Origin: Tricharina praecox
Lineage: Eukaryota
Length of the DNA stretch: 64,000 bases
Direction of reading: 5' to 3'
Assembly (NCBI RefSeq): GCF_024521635.1
Contig: NW_026250407.1
Coordinates: 1,240,001 to 1,304,000, forward strand
Shown: one piece after another, positions 1 through 13,452 of the stretch
How the letters are laid out: the number at the start of each line of letters is the position of its first letter
Position numbering within the stretch: the first letter of the stretch is position 1
Position numbers and translations under genes: made by a program
Notes under the pieces: generated by a model
Told to the model about the DNA's origin: nothing
Database searches by the model: none
What the model saw: the letters and a program-made list of their open reading frames with translations, nothing else

Positions 1-89
1 TTACGTTCTTACGTTCTTTACACGATGCTGCTGCGAGTGTGACAGCAGTCCAGTGAGTCAGTGATGCTCTCTCCTCTATCCTCCTCCTG

Positions 90-1016
90 CTACACCTCCG
101 GATTCCCGCCCCGCGCCCTCCCCACCAGATTCCTTGTCGTGACCCAGGCCTGGGCGGCAGTGGCAGCAGCCCACTCGCTCCACGCCTGCTTGACGACTCT
201 CTCATCGCCATCGCCGCCCTCACCCACATCGAGCACGTCTCCCGCCACGCTCTCCATGCGGCCCTTAACGTATCCACCCACGCGTCTCCATAGCCAGACG
301 AAGAAGTTTGCGACGCCGAGGGCAATAACGATCCACGTGAGCCTGCTGACCCTCTCCCTGCCGCCGAGATTCCCACTCGCGCGCATATTCAGCCAGCTGC
401 TTGGGCCGACGATGTACATGACCTTTGCGAAGCCGAGGAGGCCCAGGCTCGCCAGGCCGCGCAGGAAGTGTTCCGCCCAGCCGCCGCGGGGGACGGGGAG
501 CTCCAGGTTGTCGGGGACGTCGACTAGGTACGTAGCGAGTATGGGACCGGAGACGTAGCCGAGTAGCCACACGATCAGCAGCAGGAGTACGCTGGTCGCG
601 AGGAAGGTCGTGGACGTGCTTGTAAGCCACGACGCGTAGTTCAGCCGTGATAGCCGGTATGGGTACTTGCATGTCGGGCAGGTGTAGGAGGCGGTGCGCG
701 ATGTCGCGCGCCAGGTTTGTAGGCAGACGGTGTGCACGTAGCGCGAGCTGCCGCGGCAGACGCAGGGGGAGAAGAGACGGCCGAGCTCGGGGGAGGGCTC
801 GTACGGTGGCGCAGACGTGTCGAAGCAGATTCGGCACTTGCGCAGCAGGTCGTCGTCGGTGGCGGTGGTGTTGGGCGGGCGACGCGGGCTCGGGGTGCGC
901 GCCGGGCGTGGCGGCTCGGGCTCGTCTTCCACCGTTGGGCTCCGGTAGCTGGTGAAGCGGAAGCTGGCTTGCTCCGGTGTCGGGACGAAGGCGCTGCTGG
1001 CCGCAGATGGGTCCAT
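90..1016 (-). CDS. RING-CH (MARCH-type, C4HC3) membrane E3 ubiquitin ligase
   Basis: CRICF...SPCVCRGSSRYVHTVCLQTW...CPTC RING-variant motif followed by three hydrophobic segments. Likely ATG at 1016 (MDPSAASS); no intron needed. Confidence 0.85.
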   Translation of the reverse strand: MDPSAASSAFVPTPEQASFRFTSYRSPTVEDEPEPPRPARTPSPRRPPNTTATDDDLLRKCRICFDTSAPPYEPSPELGRLFSPCVCRGSSRYVHTVCLQTWRATSRTASYTCPTCKYPYRLSRLNYASWLTSTSTTFLATSVLLLLIVWLLGYVSGPILATYLVDVPDNLELPVPRGGWAEHFLRGLASLGLLGFAKVMYIVGPSSWLNMRASGNLGGRERVSRLTWIVIALGVANFFVWLWRRVGGYVKGRMESVAGDVLDVGEGGDGDERVVKQAWSEWAAATAAQAWVTTRNLVGRARGGNPEV

Positions 1017-2557
1017 CGTGATGGGTGCGGAGGTGGAGGGGCTGGGGAACCGGGAGAGATTAGAGAGATGTTGGGTGGTGGTCGTGGGAGGTGGTGGTTG
1101 TGGCGGTGGTGGTGGTGGAGGTGGGGGGGGGGTTGACGTTGAATGGAGCTGTGCTGTAGGGGGAAGTGCTAAAGACACTGGTGGCACCTACATACGTCCT
1201 ACCTACATACATATGATTCATGCTTACCCCAGGCTACTTTGGTGATGCTCGCGCTTCAGAGACCCACAGATCGTACACCGCCGACGAGCCGACACCTGGT
1301 GATGTTTTAGCGGCGTCTGTAGAACTCCATAAACGAGATGAACCATGCTCGCTTTTAATTCCAGAACTTCCATCCAGGTTTCCCCATTCCCCAGACTTGT
1401 GCTCCATATCTATCCGCTCATCCTCCTCCTCCTGCTCCTCCCCCTCCTCCTCCTCCATCATCCGCCCGTCCCACTACTCCCACTCTACTCAGACCAGCTT
1501 CTCCTCCCTTACGATCCACTTGATCCCTCACGATCACCGGTATCATGTACTCCATTCTACTTCAGCCCTCGCCGACACACCAAAGTGGCCATCTCCCAAG
1601 CCTTCTTGGAGCACAGCTTGCCCAGCATAGCTGCGCTTCGGATTCGGGCCTTCCGGTAAAGAAAGAATGCGAAGAAAGAAAGGCCACAACCACCACCACA
1701 ACCACTCCCACCACCCATCCCTCCCACCTGGCACCACCTGTTTGGGTTCGCAGTCTATTCGCCCTCGCATTTCCAATGCCATTAGTATTTTCTGGCTGTC
1801 AATCACCGCAACAACAACACCCCATCGGTGATCTCTTCCGTTTGTAGAGACAATAGTTCTTTTTCCCCTCGGATGGTTCTTTCGATTACTCTTCCTTCGA
1901 CTGCGCTTCTACACCGACATCAATCGATCCATCACCACCCTGCCGACCCCTCTCGCTTCGCCGTCGCCGTCTGCACTGCGGTAATCTAATCAGCAGCCTG
2001 TGAGTTAGTACTCCTCTCTGCCTACATATCCGGCTACCTATCAAGGTGTGTACGCGCATCTCTTCATGCGGGCCTTGCAAACAGATGAACGGAGTCAACA
2101 TCCCGTGCCGAAAAGTTGTCTGCCTTGCACCCGCGCTTCTGCCATATCCTGCCCCCCCTCCCCGCCGCCGCACCGCATCCACAACTCAAAGCCCCCAACC
2201 CAACCACCCCCCCTCCCTCCATCTCCGACGATCCCCACCGTATTCGTATTAATTCCAACAAACTACCCTGAACTCTCGCAAGGGAAAGAACCGTGAGCAC
2301 TGAGCCTGACTAGACTACCAGTACTAGAGTGGAGCCCTATCTACCTACTCGAGCAGATATCATCCAACCCACAAGCTTCGCTTGCGAGTGTCCGGTCATC
2401 ACACCTCACCGACACCCGCACACGCACTCGCTGGGAATACACAAGAAAACAGTGCATGCGGAGTTACCACGGTCTCTCTTCTCCTGCCTCCGCCGCCGCC
2501 GCCGCCGCGCCTTGATACCCCGCAACAGTCCGAGAGCGGCTCCCACGCAACCGAACC

Positions 2558-4410
2558 ATGTCGGAATCGATGGATCGCGACGAGCGGCGCGATAGCAAAA
2601 TCTCGCTCGAGGAACCGATCGTGAGGTCCGACACGGCGGGCAGCGGTGCAATAACCCCCATGAGCTTGGAGGAGGGTCGCATGAACGGTGTGGACGTGAG
2701 TCGAACGAGTGGACCCGTATCCGAGGCGTCGTCGCCGGTGCGAGGCCGCGAGGCTGATTGAAGCTCGTCTGCGTGTGCACAGTTGTCGAAATTCACGGTG
2801 AGCGCTTTCGGCGACGACCTCTTCGATTCGGTGACGCCGGAAAACAGAAGTCTGCTGTGGAAGCAGGATCTACGGATCGTGCCGCTGTCGGCCTTCATCT
2901 ACCTCCTCTGCTACCTCGACCGCTCGAACATCGGGAACGCGCGCATCATGAACCTCGACGACGGCAATGATCTGGAGTCGGAGTTGAACATCACCGACGA
3001 CAAGTACATCATCTCGCTGATGCTGTTTCTGATCGCATATGCGCTGTTCGAGGTCCCGTCGAATTACTTTCTCAAGGCTGTGTCGCCGAGCGTATGCACA
3101 CCCCGTCAACGCGCTGAGCGGAAAAGAAAAAGACCAGGAACTGATGAGTGCAGAAATGGATTGCATTCTTGATGATGAGCTGGGGGGCCGTTACCATCGG
3201 CACCGGAGGTGTCAGGAATTATCCCGGGCTCGTGGCTACGCGGTTCTTGCTGGGCGTCTTCGAGGCCGGCTTGTTTCCCGGGCTGGTGTACTACCTCACC
3301 TTCTGGTACCGCTCCGACGAGAGGAGTTTGCGCGTGGCGCTCATCATGGCGAGTTCGACGTTGGCGGGCGCCTTCGGAGGTGCTATTGCTTACGGTGAGC
3401 CCATGGAGATCGACGCTTTGGGTGCGGACGTCATTGCTGACCGTGGTACAAGGGATTTCGTTTATGAATAAAGTGGGAGGACTCGAGGCGTGGCGCTGGC
3501 TTTTCATCCTGGGTACGATGTCTCGCTCCATCACTCGGGTGCTATGGTACTGACATCGGTCTAGAGGGTATTCCGTCTTGTCTCTCCGCCATCGCCGTCT
3601 ACTACTATCTCCCGGATTATCCGGAGACTTCAAGTTGGCTCTCTTCGGAGGAGGCACGTTTGGCAGACCAGCGTCTGGCCTTTAATGGATCCAAGGGAAG
3701 CTCCGCTTCCATGACCTGGAAGGAATCGAAAGCAGTCCTTCGAGATTGGCGGTTGTACATTCACTACCTGGTGTGTATCCCCCCGTCCACCGCTTCGTGT
3801 ACTCCACTTGCTAACCGGCCACAAGATCTACTTCGCCTCCTCCGTGCCTTTCTCCTCGCTGTCTCTCTTCGCGCCCTCGATCGTCGACGGTCTCGGCTAC
3901 TCCTCGCTCCAGGCGCAGCTCATGACGATTCCACCGTGGGCCGTCTCCTACGTCGTCACCGTCCTCGTCGCCTTCTCCTCCGACCGCTTCAACGCGCGCG
4001 CAACGCATGCAGCGGCATCGATGCTCTTCGCCGCCGTCGGCTTCCTCGTATCCGCGATCCTCCCACCGGGCAGCTACCTCGCGCGCTACATAATGCTGAT
4101 CGTCGCATGCTCGGGCTCCTTCGCCTGCATCGCGCCACTCCTTGGCTGGATCACCGGTAACCTGCATTCGACGTCTGCCGCCGGTCTCGCAATCGCCCTC
4201 AACGTGAGCTTTGGCGCGCCAGGCCAAATCGTCGGCGTGTGGATATACCGCAGCGAAGAACAGGAGCGCGGGTATCCCACGGGTCACTGGGTCAACGTTG
4301 GCATGCTGCTCCTGGGCTCGATGTGCGTGCTCGGCCTGCGGTGGTGGTATATGCGCGAGAATGAGAGGATCCGGAAGGGTAGTGTTGATAAGCCGCTGTG
4401 GAAGCTGTAA
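2558..4410 (+). CDS. MFS transporter, anion:cation symporter family (allantoate/nicotinate permease-like)
   Basis: Motifs DLRIVP, YLDRSNIGNAR, FEVPSN, RFLLGVFEAGLFPG, WRWLFILEGIP. Frame-consistent introns at 2696-2782, 3092-3153, 3395-3452, 3513-3564, 3771-3825. Confidence 0.92.
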
Positions 4411-7400
4411 GGGAGGGAAAGGGGGTGCGCTGTGAAGTTGATTTGATACCCTGGGCATTTTCGGCGGTGTGGTTTCTTTTGTCGTTCCTTTGTTCTCTCT
4501 CTGTTCTTTTGGATGCATGGCGGTACGCACGGATACCTAGGGTACGAGGTATGTTTTTTTACTTGCTTTTTCTATGCGTGTATGTACCTACTGGTCTTGT
4601 CTTTCCTTTTCTCTTCTCTTCTCTTCAATGACATAAGGGGGCGATGTGGTTGTTCTGGTTTCTGGTTTCTTGTTGCTTGTCTCTGGTTGCTTGTTGCTTG
4701 TTGCTGGGGTGTTGGTGCGATGAGAAATGAGGAAACGGTGAACGGTGAATGGAACGGAGTGGTGAATGGAACGAGAGTACCTAAGTCATTGCCACCTACA
4801 GTACCAAAAAACCAGGTGTATCCGGAACGCTAGCGCTGCGGTCCTCCTACCGCCCTTCGACTTATTGCGCATTGTAGTTTAGAATGCCGCGCTATGACGG
4901 CTGTCTCAGGATTACGTTGCTAAAAGACAACCGAACTGTAGTTTTGGTGCGTAGTGAAATGATTTTTCAGATCTCAATTACCCTGTAGTAAGACCATACG
5001 GCTACCGCTCTTACCTCACTGCGTATTCTTTTAAATGCCAGAGAACTACCGCACTACTCTGGTAGTGTTGATGCAGCTGCACTCAGCAGGCAACCAGTTT
5101 TTGGCGACAACCGCAGTCGAAGGATGACGTTGTCCAAAAACTCCGGCACCGCTACCAGATCTCAGCGGTTTTCTAAAGAAGGGGAAGTTAAACAACAACA
5201 GTACCATTCCCATAGCGGGGCCACTTTATTTGCTTTTCGTAGCCGCAAAACAACCGGATTGCAGTTAACTTGCCGTACCAGTGCCGTACCAGTGCCAGTA
5301 AGGGTCCTCAAAATCACTGGAGAAGCAGCTGGCTGGACTTTAGCGTGCCTAAACGGGGACGGAGGTGTAGTGGAAATTCAGTGTGATTGGCCGACGTAAC
5401 AGAATGCGGTAAACTAGAGAAAAAACCCGTCATCACCAAGAATGCCACATAGCTACCGCAATTGAATTATATTCAGTATTAACAACCTGGGACGTAATAT
5501 AGTAAGTATGGCATCACTATGGGAGATTTTGGATTATGCATTCAGAAGATCAAAATTTTCAGATAATAACCGTGGTCTCTTTCATCCCAGTAGCGGTACG
5601 GCAGACATCAAATAGCCGTACCATAACCGTAGCAATGTGAACTGGCTGTTTCCTACTGTAACTATGTTGGAGGGCGGGGCTCACATCCAGTGGGTTTCAA
5701 CCGAAGCCTTGAGACACGTGAGGCAGGATCTGGGAGCTAAGATGGTTACTTGAGCCGTGACTACAGTTCTTCTACTCGTCGTCTCTCTCGTATTTCTCGC
5801 CGGCGCAAGAGTTGTGGTCCGGTTCTGGTACCTACTCAACTCGGCAAGAGTCAAGACTGGTGACTTGTAAATTTGCGTGAGTGACGCTGCATGTCTTGCT
5901 GGGCCGAAGTCGAAGTCCAAACCGAAGTCCAAACCCTACGGTTAGGTAGGTGTCTTCTCGTGCTAAGTGCGAAGTTCGAACGTTACCGCACCCTTGTACT
6001 AGTACCGCACAATCTAGAGGCATGGAGCTGAAGTATGAAGCATGGAGCATGAATCATGAAGTATGAAGCATGAAGTATGAAGATGTCTGCTAGAGCATAT
6101 ACAAAGCTGGTGGATTTACGGCGGGGATTTGGGGGTTGGATTGCTGCCGACGAAATCTCTCGCAATATACTCCGGCTTAGACCGGAGTACTCCAGTGGCA
6201 GCCTGGCAGGCCCGGAGTGCAACTGGCGGTCTTGCGTCACAGAGCTGAAGATGTCTAACAGGAACAGGAACCGGCCCGCCTATGGTATTGTTCGAACGAG
6301 GGTGGCAGTCGGTGATTCCGAATTTCCAAGCCGCGACTATCAAGACGACTTGGATCGATCCCGATCCCGATCCCGACACCTTCGGCTGTTTAGAAAAAAG
6401 TGATAGTCCGATGCGGAACAGGATGTAAGCGCGAGTGCACACTCGTGAAGCTAGGGAGCTACTAGTAGGGAGCTAGCGAACGACCGTTCTCGTTCTCGTT
6501 CTCGTACTCGCTACATCTGACACAGCACAGCACTAGGGAGCTTCCCGTCTGCTCAGTGCTCACACCACGTCGCCGAAGAAGAAGCCTTCAGGTTTGCTGG
6601 GTAGCACACCCGCAAACCCAGCTTGCAGGCCCGTTCGAGTAGGTATAGTACTGGGTCAACTCTCACTCGGGACGGTAGATACATCTCCACGCTTCTCGAC
6701 GCTTCGCCGAGGGTGCCAGTACCGTCCCGTCCCATCTCATCCGGTCTTCCCCTTTCACATAAAGGCACAATACCTACCTACCTACTGTAGTCTGCGTGTG
6801 CAATTGTACGAGTATGTGCCTATGTAGGTACTTGCTTCAGGTGGTGAGCAAGAATATGATGCTTTTAACATACCATCTGCTAGGCTGTTTTGACTTTCTG
6901 CTGGCCGGAAGTACAAGTACCAGCGCCGTATCTTTCAAGCAAGTGCGCACAGTTAGACGGTTCCCGAGTCAGCCACCCATGATGCAGCCATCCATGATTT
7001 ATCACTCGGTTTATTTTCTGAAGTAGCGTGATTGAAGATGTACTTTGGCACACTCTATCTACATCTCTCTTTGCGGATACGAGAGTCTGCTTTGATAGGT
7101 TATATTCATATGTATTGTTTCCGTCTTTGCAATACCAGCACTACTACCAGATCGTTGCGTGGGTATATATTCAGACAATCACCCTACCAGCGCCACCCAG
7201 CCTGTCCGATGCAATGCCCACGCAACCATCTGGCAGTACATACAGCGACCCACACCGCCCATCGGTCTTCCCGTCGAGCGCAGGAAGGAAGGAAGGAAGG
7301 CAAGAACCCTGCATACAGACAGACAGACAGCCAGACCGACGGCCCTCAGCTCAGCTGCGTGAGTACACAAGTAGAGTGCCGGTATGTTGTATGTTGTGTG

Positions 7401-8870
7401 TTGTGCATTGTGTTGTGTGTACCTGCGCCTTTAGTTAACCGGACTGTGGTGACACTATCGATAGAGTACTCTACGTACCTGAGCACCCCTGCTTCCGCCG
7501 GTAGAAAAGAAAAATCCGAACTAGCTGACAGAGTACTCTACATAAATGCTACTTGGGGAAGTTCACGAATGGATTCTACATAGATCGTAACTGCCGGGGT
7601 GGATAGAGTGGGTAGAGTGGAAGTTCAGGGGAGTTTGGATTTCGGCATTGGCTGCCCGAATGGTTCGTGGCTGAACTCTGGAGTCCTGGATATGCGGGTG
7701 GAGAAAAGGCTGGTATGTACACATCATTGTACCACGAGGTCCCGGACACTAGCAGGACAGTCCGACTGTGATATACTCAGCTCAATCCATTTCCCGATCG
7801 CGCATGGGTGGATTCCCGGTGACACTACAGTACTTTACTCTACGATGCTATATAGTAACGAGAAAGGTGGAAGGAGGAAGGAGACACTGCGGCTACATGC
7901 TAACAATAGCATAGGTATTGGGGCCAGCTGCCACTCGGCTTCGGGTTCAGACTCAATTCAATTCATATCCAGATTCCAGGCATTTCGTTCTCGCTCGTTC
8001 ATTGATTCCAGCGATGCAGCTACTCTACTATCTACCAACCCGGGTGACCCAATCCACTATCCGCAGCGGGCGGAATATTTCATCCGAGAAGCCGCCCACC
8101 ATCCACGCACCTCGAGCGAGAGAGCCTCGGCGGGATAGGATGCGATTCAGACCTGCCGGAGACGGGAGTGATCGTGGGTAGTGCCCTGCATTCGATGCGT
8201 GTGCCCATCATATGTATGTGGGGAGGATACAAGCATCTGCGCGGGGCCGCACGATGTGTACTCTACTCCACTCTACACATCGATGGGCCAAAGTATGTAG
8301 CCAACCAACCATCCAACGGGTGATCTACAGCCTGCGGGTCTAGCCCGACGAAAAAAAATCCGATCATGTCGGACGACCTGCTGTGGTCCTATGGATTCGC
8401 CGCTTTAAGTCGGCCCCAATATATAGGCATGTGTGTATGTGTGTGAGCGGGATTCCCGTGCATAGGGTGGATACGTACCTACCTAAGGACCTTCTGGATG
8501 GCCTCACTCGCCATATCAGGCAGTCAATCGCACACTATTAGCAATATTCCGCCGGTGTTTCTGCGGACGGACAGGGAATGCCACTACCTACTTAGATTAT
8601 GGAGTACCTACCTACGGTAGTATCGCCAACCTTGCCATGAAGAACTTTGGAACATCTATCGGAGTTCGCAGGCAGGTACTGAGCCGAGCAGACGGTCGGT
8701 CGGACGTTGGACAGCCTGTGTGCGAGCGAGCGTGGAGTGAGGATGGAGAGAGGGAGGATAAATAGGTGCGCAATCCCCCCTCTCAGATAGTGAATCCTCA
8801 CCCACGCTCACCTCCTTCCATCCACCACCTCCTCAACTCCACCTCCTCACTCTTCGCACCCTTCTCCACG

Positions 8871-9410
8871 ATGCACTTCTCCGCCCCCCTCTTCCTGACC
8901 GCCCTCCTCGGCGCCCTCGTCAGCACCGTCCTCTCTCAGAGCGAGAGCCCCGACGGCAGCTGCGGCGGCACCAACGCCTTCGCCTGCACGGCGGCAGAGT
9001 TTGGATCGTGCTGCTCCAGCAGCGGCTTCTGGTACTTTTCCCTCCCCCTCCTCCCCCCCGTCTCCCCCCCCCTTCCACCAGCATAGCATGCTAACCCCCC
9101 ACCAGTGGTGAAGGAGTCTCCTACTGCGGCGCCGGCTGCCAAGCGACTTACTCGGCGAACGCGACGGTGTGCTTGTCGAACCCGCCATCCGTTGATGGCA
9201 GCTGCGGCGGGACGACTGGATACACGTGCACGGGCAGTACGTGGGGCGGCTGCTGCAGCAAGTATGGGTTCTGCGGTACTACCGCCGCGTATTGCTCCAC
9301 TGTGGGCGGATGGTGAGTAATCTCCTATGTACCCCGAGGATGGAATTGGTACTGACGATGTGCGGATGAGCAGTCAGGCGGGTTTCGGTGCGGCTTGCAC
9401 GCTGCCATAG
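8871..9410 (+). CDS. Small secreted cysteine-rich protein with two hevein-type (CBM18) chitin-binding domains
   Basis: Signal peptide MHFSAPLFLTALLGALVSTVLS, then two CGG...C...CCSxxGFCG...YC...GCQ modules after removing introns 9032-9105 and 9313-9373. Stop TAG ends at 9410. Confidence 0.88.
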
Positions 9411-9720
9411 ATGGTTGAATAGATGGTGCGGATGGATGGAAGGACGTAATGTGGATATGAGTTGGCGGACTGGGCTGGACGTGGCGGGATGAATGGAACA
9501 ACTTTAATGCTATAAATTATCTTGCTCGTAACCTACCATGATTAATGTGTCGTGAACGAGGAACTCGAGCTGTTGCTTTCGGGTCAAGGAAAGAGGCCAC
9601 ACAGCGCGGGCGTGTAGTCTCCTAGGTACGCAAGAGTCCATGAACCAAAAATTTATTGCCACTTTTAAATACACACCAAACCGATATCAAAAACAAAAGA
9701 AAACAAAAGAAAGCAACAAT

Positions 9721-12700
9721 TTATGTCTCCTTGGCCGCTTTTGCCTCCCCCTCAATCTCCTCCTCATCAATCTGCTCCCCCTCCATTTGTCCCCCCTCCA
9801 TCCCCTTAGCCTCCTCGAGCCTCTCCTCCTCAAAACCATCCAATGCGTCCTCCGCAATAGTCGTGTTCATCGCCGCCGCCTCCTCCCACATGGCACTGAT
9901 GGGGGTGTTCCTGTACTTCCTACACTTCTTGCGCCACTTGACGTTCCACCTATTATGCCAAGCCTGCCTAACCTTGCACATGACGACGAGCGTCTGCTGG
10001 TCGGAGATCTGGTCGATACTTCTGATATCATGTGCCTCGAGCTCCGCAATGACGACGTCGCAGAGGTGATCCCTCTTCTCGTAATGCAGCGCGCCAACCT
10101 TCTTGATGCCCAGTCTGCACTTCGCAACATACCGCTCGAGGGGATTCTTCATCTTCGCGGCGATCTGGCGCGGGCAAAGGTGCTTGAGGTATTCACCGCG
10201 CTTCTCGGAGATGTCGAGTCGCATAGCGGACCAGACCGCGCGGGTATCGGCACCCATCGGCCCGCAGTAGCACGGTAACGACTTCTTTGCGCTGTTCACG
10301 TCCATGTCGTCCAGGAACGAGTAGCCCTTCGTGTGTCCGTTCCAGTTGTAGGGCGAGACGCACACGGGGAGCGAGAACATCCCAGGGTTCCCCGGATCGG
10401 TCACGAATTCAGAGTCGGGCCCGAAGGCGAGTGTCCGTGTGTTCAGCAGCGGGAACCCAGGGTCGTCAGAGGTCGTGCTGTTGGAGGACAGCCGGTAGGC
10501 GCGCGTCAGGAATGAGGACGAGATGATGCTCTGCACGCTCAGGTCGAAGGCTTGGTATTTTTCCCAGCCCCACGGGTCCTCGATGTGGTGCGCGATGGCG
10601 ATGCCGCGGTCCGCCCACCGGTACATGTAGCACACCATTTCCTTGCCGTCCTCGGAGCTGGAGGTGGGAGGAAGGCAGGAGCGGAGGTGTTCGGGACCCG
10701 TGTTGTCTGCGATGCATGTGGATACTTCCTGCACGACCTTGTGCAGGATCGAATTCATGTGCTTCTTGCGCAGGAGGTGCGTCGTGCATTGGATCCAGTG
10801 CTTCTGCGAGCGCAGCGCGGCGTCAAGGGTCTTGTAGTACATATTCTTGGTGATTGCGTCCTCGATGCTCGCATCAGTCCAGTCGTTGAGCGTGCCTTTG
10901 TCCACCGGGAGATAGTTGCCCATCGCCAATGCGTTCGAGAGGTGGGTTTCGCCTGTAATCATCAGTTATCACACGGCTGGGAGGGAAAAGCACAATGGAG
11001 ATCAACTCACCTTGGGGCCCGACAATGGAGGATCCGAACATGGCGTTGACATTCTGCTTTACAATCCTCCGTGAGTATCGTCCGGATTCCTGGACCATGA
11101 ACGCCAAATTTGCCGAGTTCACCTCGTGGTGCTTGTCCGTTCCGGAAAACGTAAAGCTCTCCATGGTCTCGCGGATGTACATGGGCATGGCCAAGTTGAG
11201 GGCGACAGGATACAACTTGCTCATGGCAGTGCGAACGTTGTCCAGCTTGATCGTTATGTTGCTCACCACGTGTTCGATGGACGGCCTGTATCCATATTCC
11301 CCTTGCGCCGAGATCCCGCGCGTCCAGATGTCATAGAGCAGTTCTCGTCTGGACGGGCCGTACTCCTTTCGCCATTGATCGCGGGGGTGCCAGGAACTCT
11401 CCCCCCCAATGGATGCGATCCTCTGGCCGGGCTCCAGGTGCGACGGCGGCTCCGTGTGTCGCAGGTGGTCGATATACCCGTTGTAGCCATGTTTCAGATG
11501 CTGATACATACCGGCGGCGCGATCATACGTTCCATGGACGAGCTCCTTAGTATCTTTCCAGGCGTGACCGACGGCGGACCAGAACCCCTCCATAGTGGCC
11601 CTTCTCCTAAAGTCTGCGCCAATATCGATGCCCCTTCGGTTATCGGCATGATACGCCCTATCTTCGTAGCACATGGGCAGCTGCCTGTCGTAGAAGTAGT
11701 GTTCCCACATCCTTGTGGCATGCGAGTTGACGCGCATCCAGTCCGAGATCGTGGCGCCGCCCGGGTTCCAGCGGTAGTGTCCGCCGTACCGCGGCGGCAC
11801 CCGCAGCGGCTCGATGTTGTTGTTGAGCTGCGTGTACATGATGTCGCCCAGCGTCTCCTCGATCACGCGCCCGCGCCACTCGTCGAACTCGTGGTCGTCG
11901 AAGCGGTCGATCCGACCAGTGTGGTCCAGCGTCACCTTGGCGAGCTTGCTGACCCGGTACAAGACGTAGTCTTGGATCGTAGACCATGGGATAAGTGGAA
12001 CTACCGAGTTGATCGCCGTCTGTGCGCTCCAGATCGTGAGCTGCACGAAAAAGTGCCAGAGCCGCTGCCGCTCCCGCTCCCCCTCCGTCGGCGAGGTGTA
12101 GAAGAAGTCCATCGACATCTTCTGAACCATGCCCTGCAGGTTCATCTGAGATGCCACCATAGTGCCCTGAAAACCCGGAGCAGATCAGTCAATGCAGTAT
12201 CTGCCGTGTGAGTTTCTATGAGGGCACTTACATGAACGGTGTCTAAGACCGACAACATATTCAACGCACTAGCCATGACGAAATAGACTTTCCTGGCCAG
12301 CTCCAGATCATCGATACCTCTGACGACGGTAGGGCAATCGACAGTGCACAACTGAGTGAATCCGATGGCACACTTATAATTATTCATGCCGAGGAAATCG
12401 AAGGCGATAGTGGCGATGAGCCCGTTTCTTTTGAAGTACTCGCGGTCCTTATTCTCGAGGGAGTACTGGCGCATCCACTCCTCGGCCTGGGAGATGTGCC
12501 AGTTGAGCTGGCTGGCGTCGAAGGCGTACGACCGGCAGATCTCGATCGCGTCAATGTCCGACTGCGCAAGCTTGTGCAGGATCTTGGTGTCGTTGAGTAG
12601 CCGCCCCATGGCATCGACGTCGAGCTCGGCGGGTAGGACCTCCGCGAGATCATAGCTGGACTTGGTATCCGACGCAGCCGTAGTGGGGGTAGACGTGGGC

Positions 12701-13452
12701 TCGGCCTCCTCGGTAGCAGAGGTGAGTGGCACAACGGTGGACAGGAGCATGCGCTCGGGTGACTCGTAGTCGAACTGCTCGTCGTCTTCGCCGATGGGCG
12801 AGATCCACAAGGATTCGGAACTGGAGACTGGTCAGCATCTGGAGGAAATCACGGACAGTCTGGACTCACGGCTCAAGATAGAAATCGTCAACCTCTGTCA
12901 CGTCACCATATGCGTCGATATATGTTGCGTGTGTAATAGTCGTGGGATGGGCAGTAATGGACCCAACAGCCGCAGTCTCGTGGTTCGCAGTCAGAGTGGC
13001 AGATTTGTGAGTGGCGGTCGTAGTGGCAAACTCGGGAGTGGCAGTAGCCGTCTCAATGATTATAGCCGTGGAGGTGATTGCCCGAACATCTTCGGCGATT
13101 TTCGTGTGCCTGATACTTTGAGTGGTAGCAGTAATGATGGCCTCTCGTTCGGCGGTGGCATCTTGAGACGTAGCAGGAGTGGCTGTAGCTATGACGGTTT
13201 CCAAACGCTGGAAGCTTTCCTTATTGCCCATCAGCAACTTGTCATCGGTTTGATTCGCCAGGCCGGTCTCGGTCAGGCTCCTGTATTTCCCGTCAGCACC
13301 GTTCCACATTATCAGTCCACGAACACTCACAGATTGTTTTCGCCATTCAAAATGCCAGCAGAAATCGCTATCTCGGTCGATGACAGCACAGGGTCCGCAG
13401 TGGCGACTGCCCAAACGGCGAACGAGGCAGCAGCAGCTGCAAGGAGCTTCAT
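9721..13452 (-). CDS. Large (~1169 aa) secreted hypothetical protein
   Basis: Signal peptide MKLLAAAAASFAVWAVATA. Frame-consistent introns at 13281-13330, 12821-12869, 12167-12231, 10953-11010. Thr-rich N-terminal region, Cys-containing C-terminal region, acidic tail. Confidence 0.8.

Noticed and set aside
4790..5680. Possible degraded transposon with scattered short inverted motifs
   Set aside because: No convincing TIRs, TSD or coding remnant could be defined by eye.
11126..12211. Long plus-strand ORFs opposite real genes (also 23823-24749 and 12794-13561)
   Set aside because: These are antisense shadows of GC-rich coding exons.
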